64,000 nucleotides of DNA from Nemertoderma westbladi (taxonomy: Eukaryota > Animalia > Xenacoelomorpha). Shown piece after piece: positions 61,960 through 64,000 of the stretch (its first letter is position 1; each line of letters begins with the position of its first letter). The notes beneath the pieces are model-generated. The model made no database searches, had not been told where the DNA came from, and saw only the letters and a list, made by a program, of their open reading frames with translations. Both the position numbers and the translations under genes were made by a program. The stretch spans positions 17,754-81,753 of the forward strand of contig JAUCBJ010009076.1 in the NCBI GenBank assembly GCA_032718475.1. The letters are read 5' to 3'.

Positions 61960-63262
61960 CAAGAGTGTCGACGATTACGGCGTAAACTGCATAAAACTTA
62001 CAGTTTTAATGGAATCCTCTCATTCAATTTTCTGCATCACACCAAAATATCGTTTTCGGGCGTAGTAAATTACTCCAGTCATTAGTAAATTAAATTTGAT
62101 TGTTTGCGGGTTCTTCTAATGGAAGGCTCTGTTCTACAACAGGAACATCCAGAACTAGTATTCGGTTATTTCTTGCAAAGTTCATAATCAGTGGAGCGAC
62201 GTTTCCTCTTCATGTTACTCAGGGTTTGAATGGTAGCTGTGGACCGGGCGGGCATTGTACAGGGCGTATAGCAGAAATAATATCTTCCCTCATAGCCTTT
62301 CTTGGTTTCAACTGAACTCCATTTGTACTTGATTCATCACCAGTGGTTCGCTAAACTTTCTCTGGGGTACTTCTTCTTTACTCAGTGGATATAAGCCGCT
62401 CTTTCGGAAGCCAGCTACTGCATGTTCAGAGTTGAATGAGCTTCTTAAGCATAAGAGGAAAGCCTGGGCAGATTATATTTATTTTGTTAGCTTTAGCTTT
62501 CACAACAAACTGTATTATAAGTAAGGTGTGACCCATAGCCATCATAGAACAGTACCAGAGGCTTGGGGATGTCGTATAAATAAAGTACCGCTCAACTCAT
62601 CCATCCACTCAGATTCAGTACGGTTATAGCAGCACTCGGAAGAACCATTCTCCATCCAGGTATTCCACACGTTAAGGCCCTTGAATATTTCATTACACGG
62701 AATATATATTTCATTTGCAATGCAACAAAACAACACGGTGTACGTACATGGTCTTTCATTCTGTTGGTTGCAACTATTTGTTCACTTTTCTTCGATATAA
62801 CATATTTTTTGATGGATTGGTTCCTAGACCTGTTTCGTCTAATTTCCAAATACGTTCTGGAATTGTTCTTTGCTCAACTCCTCTCTCTCATCAACTCTGC
62901 CTAACTCTATGCTCAACTCCTCTCTTTCATCAACTCTGCCTAACTCTAACTCATGTCTCATCAACAAATTTCATGAAAGCAACTACTACTTCCTGTGAAA
63001 GGCCCTTACCACGAGCCACAGTTACAGCCTCCGCTTTTCTAATGCCGATGCGATCCGTTTAACGATTGCGGTACACTGGAAGCCATTCATCTTCTGGGGT
63101 GTCATTAGGAAACACACCTGTCTTTCCGTCGTTCTTGTAATCTTATATTTTTACTGGCATTATTCATTGATATTGACCCTTTTTCGATTTCGTGAAGCGC
63201 TTTTTTACATCATCTTATGAATAAGATTTATCATTTTTCTTATATGTCCATTTCCAAGGCAT
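61960..63262 (-). pseudogene. Decayed pogo-family (HTH plus DDE_1) transposase
   Basis: Minus-strand remnants MPWKWTYKK, IRKAEAVTVARGKG, RIWKLDETG, IFKG..W..ESEWM and AGFRKSGLYPL, with stops and frameshifts. Confidence 0.75.
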
Positions 63263-63679
63263 ATTTTACCAAGTTTTAACAAACTGTAACAAATTAACAT
63301 TCAGCTACCCGGTACCTAATTATGCCTATAATCAGCTGCCAGTACTAATTTAGAACTGTACGCTGACAACTTGCACATACATTAATCTATTATGAATTAA
63401 TACCCCACTGGCTACTGCCTACCGTTTTATATCTAATCTTAGTGCTAATTTAGCTTAGCCTAACCATTACCAATCGCATGTTTAGTAGTACCGGTATGTA
63501 GGGTAGCGGTCATAGACATACTGCTAAAACTAGATTGACATTGTTTTTAAATTTCCCTCCATTTCGTACTTATACAAATTGGCAATGCTGATGTAATAAG
63601 TAATAAGAACATGCATGTATGGCATCTAAATTAGGCTCAAAATCCAATATTTCCATCTTCAAAATCAGTATGGTATTCT

Positions 63680-64000
63680 TCAATATCAATATTGCGAATA
63701 ATATCAATAATATTACAACACCGTGCAGTATTATTACACGTTAATTCAATATATATTATTGAATATTCAATAATTAACAGAAATTCAATCAATATTGTGC
63801 AAATATTAATTTAATATACAAACATTTTGAATTAATATTCTCAAATATTGAATCAACATTCGCATATATTGAATCAATATGTTGGCAACATATTGAATCA
63901 ATAATCGTGCATATTGAATGAATAAGTTAACTTGCTGGCAACTTATTGAATCAATATTTTGCCACCATATTGTTTTAATAGGTTACCAACATATTGATTG
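63680..64000. repeat. AT-rich short repeats (ATATTGAATCAAT-like), probably subterminal repeats of a DNA transposon
   Basis: The motif recurs in both orientations up to the window edge. Confidence 0.45.

Overview
Eukaryotic DNA from an AT-rich invertebrate animal, dominated by transposons and tandem repeats. Three host genes are readable: (i) three minus-strand exons of a CUB-domain/trypsin-like (S1) serine protease, (ii) a two-exon NHLH/NSCL-type bHLH gene, and (iii) a plus-strand SRSF3/7-like RRM gene of at least three exons. Mobile DNA includes an internally deleted BEL/Pao element with an intact Gag-protease ORF, a second gag-like pseudogene, a LINE with an intact APE-RT ORF2, a decayed CR1/L2-like LINE, a pogo pseudogene, and Mutator-, Helitron- and EnSpm-like non-autonomous elements. 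There is also a tRNA-derived SINE whose interior has expanded into about 56 cUUCGg-hairpin units, and an inverted pair of minimal hammerhead ribozymes. About 26 kb (29528-55783, with a 100-N gap) is a 36-bp satellite. Its monomer reads as a 12-nt 'microexon' plus a GTAAGT...CTACAG 'micro-intron', lies on the same strand as the RRM gene, and ends about 295 bp before its ATG. This is the most unusual observation, but any function is inference. ORFs inside the tandem arrays are repeat artefacts, and there is no CRISPR array.
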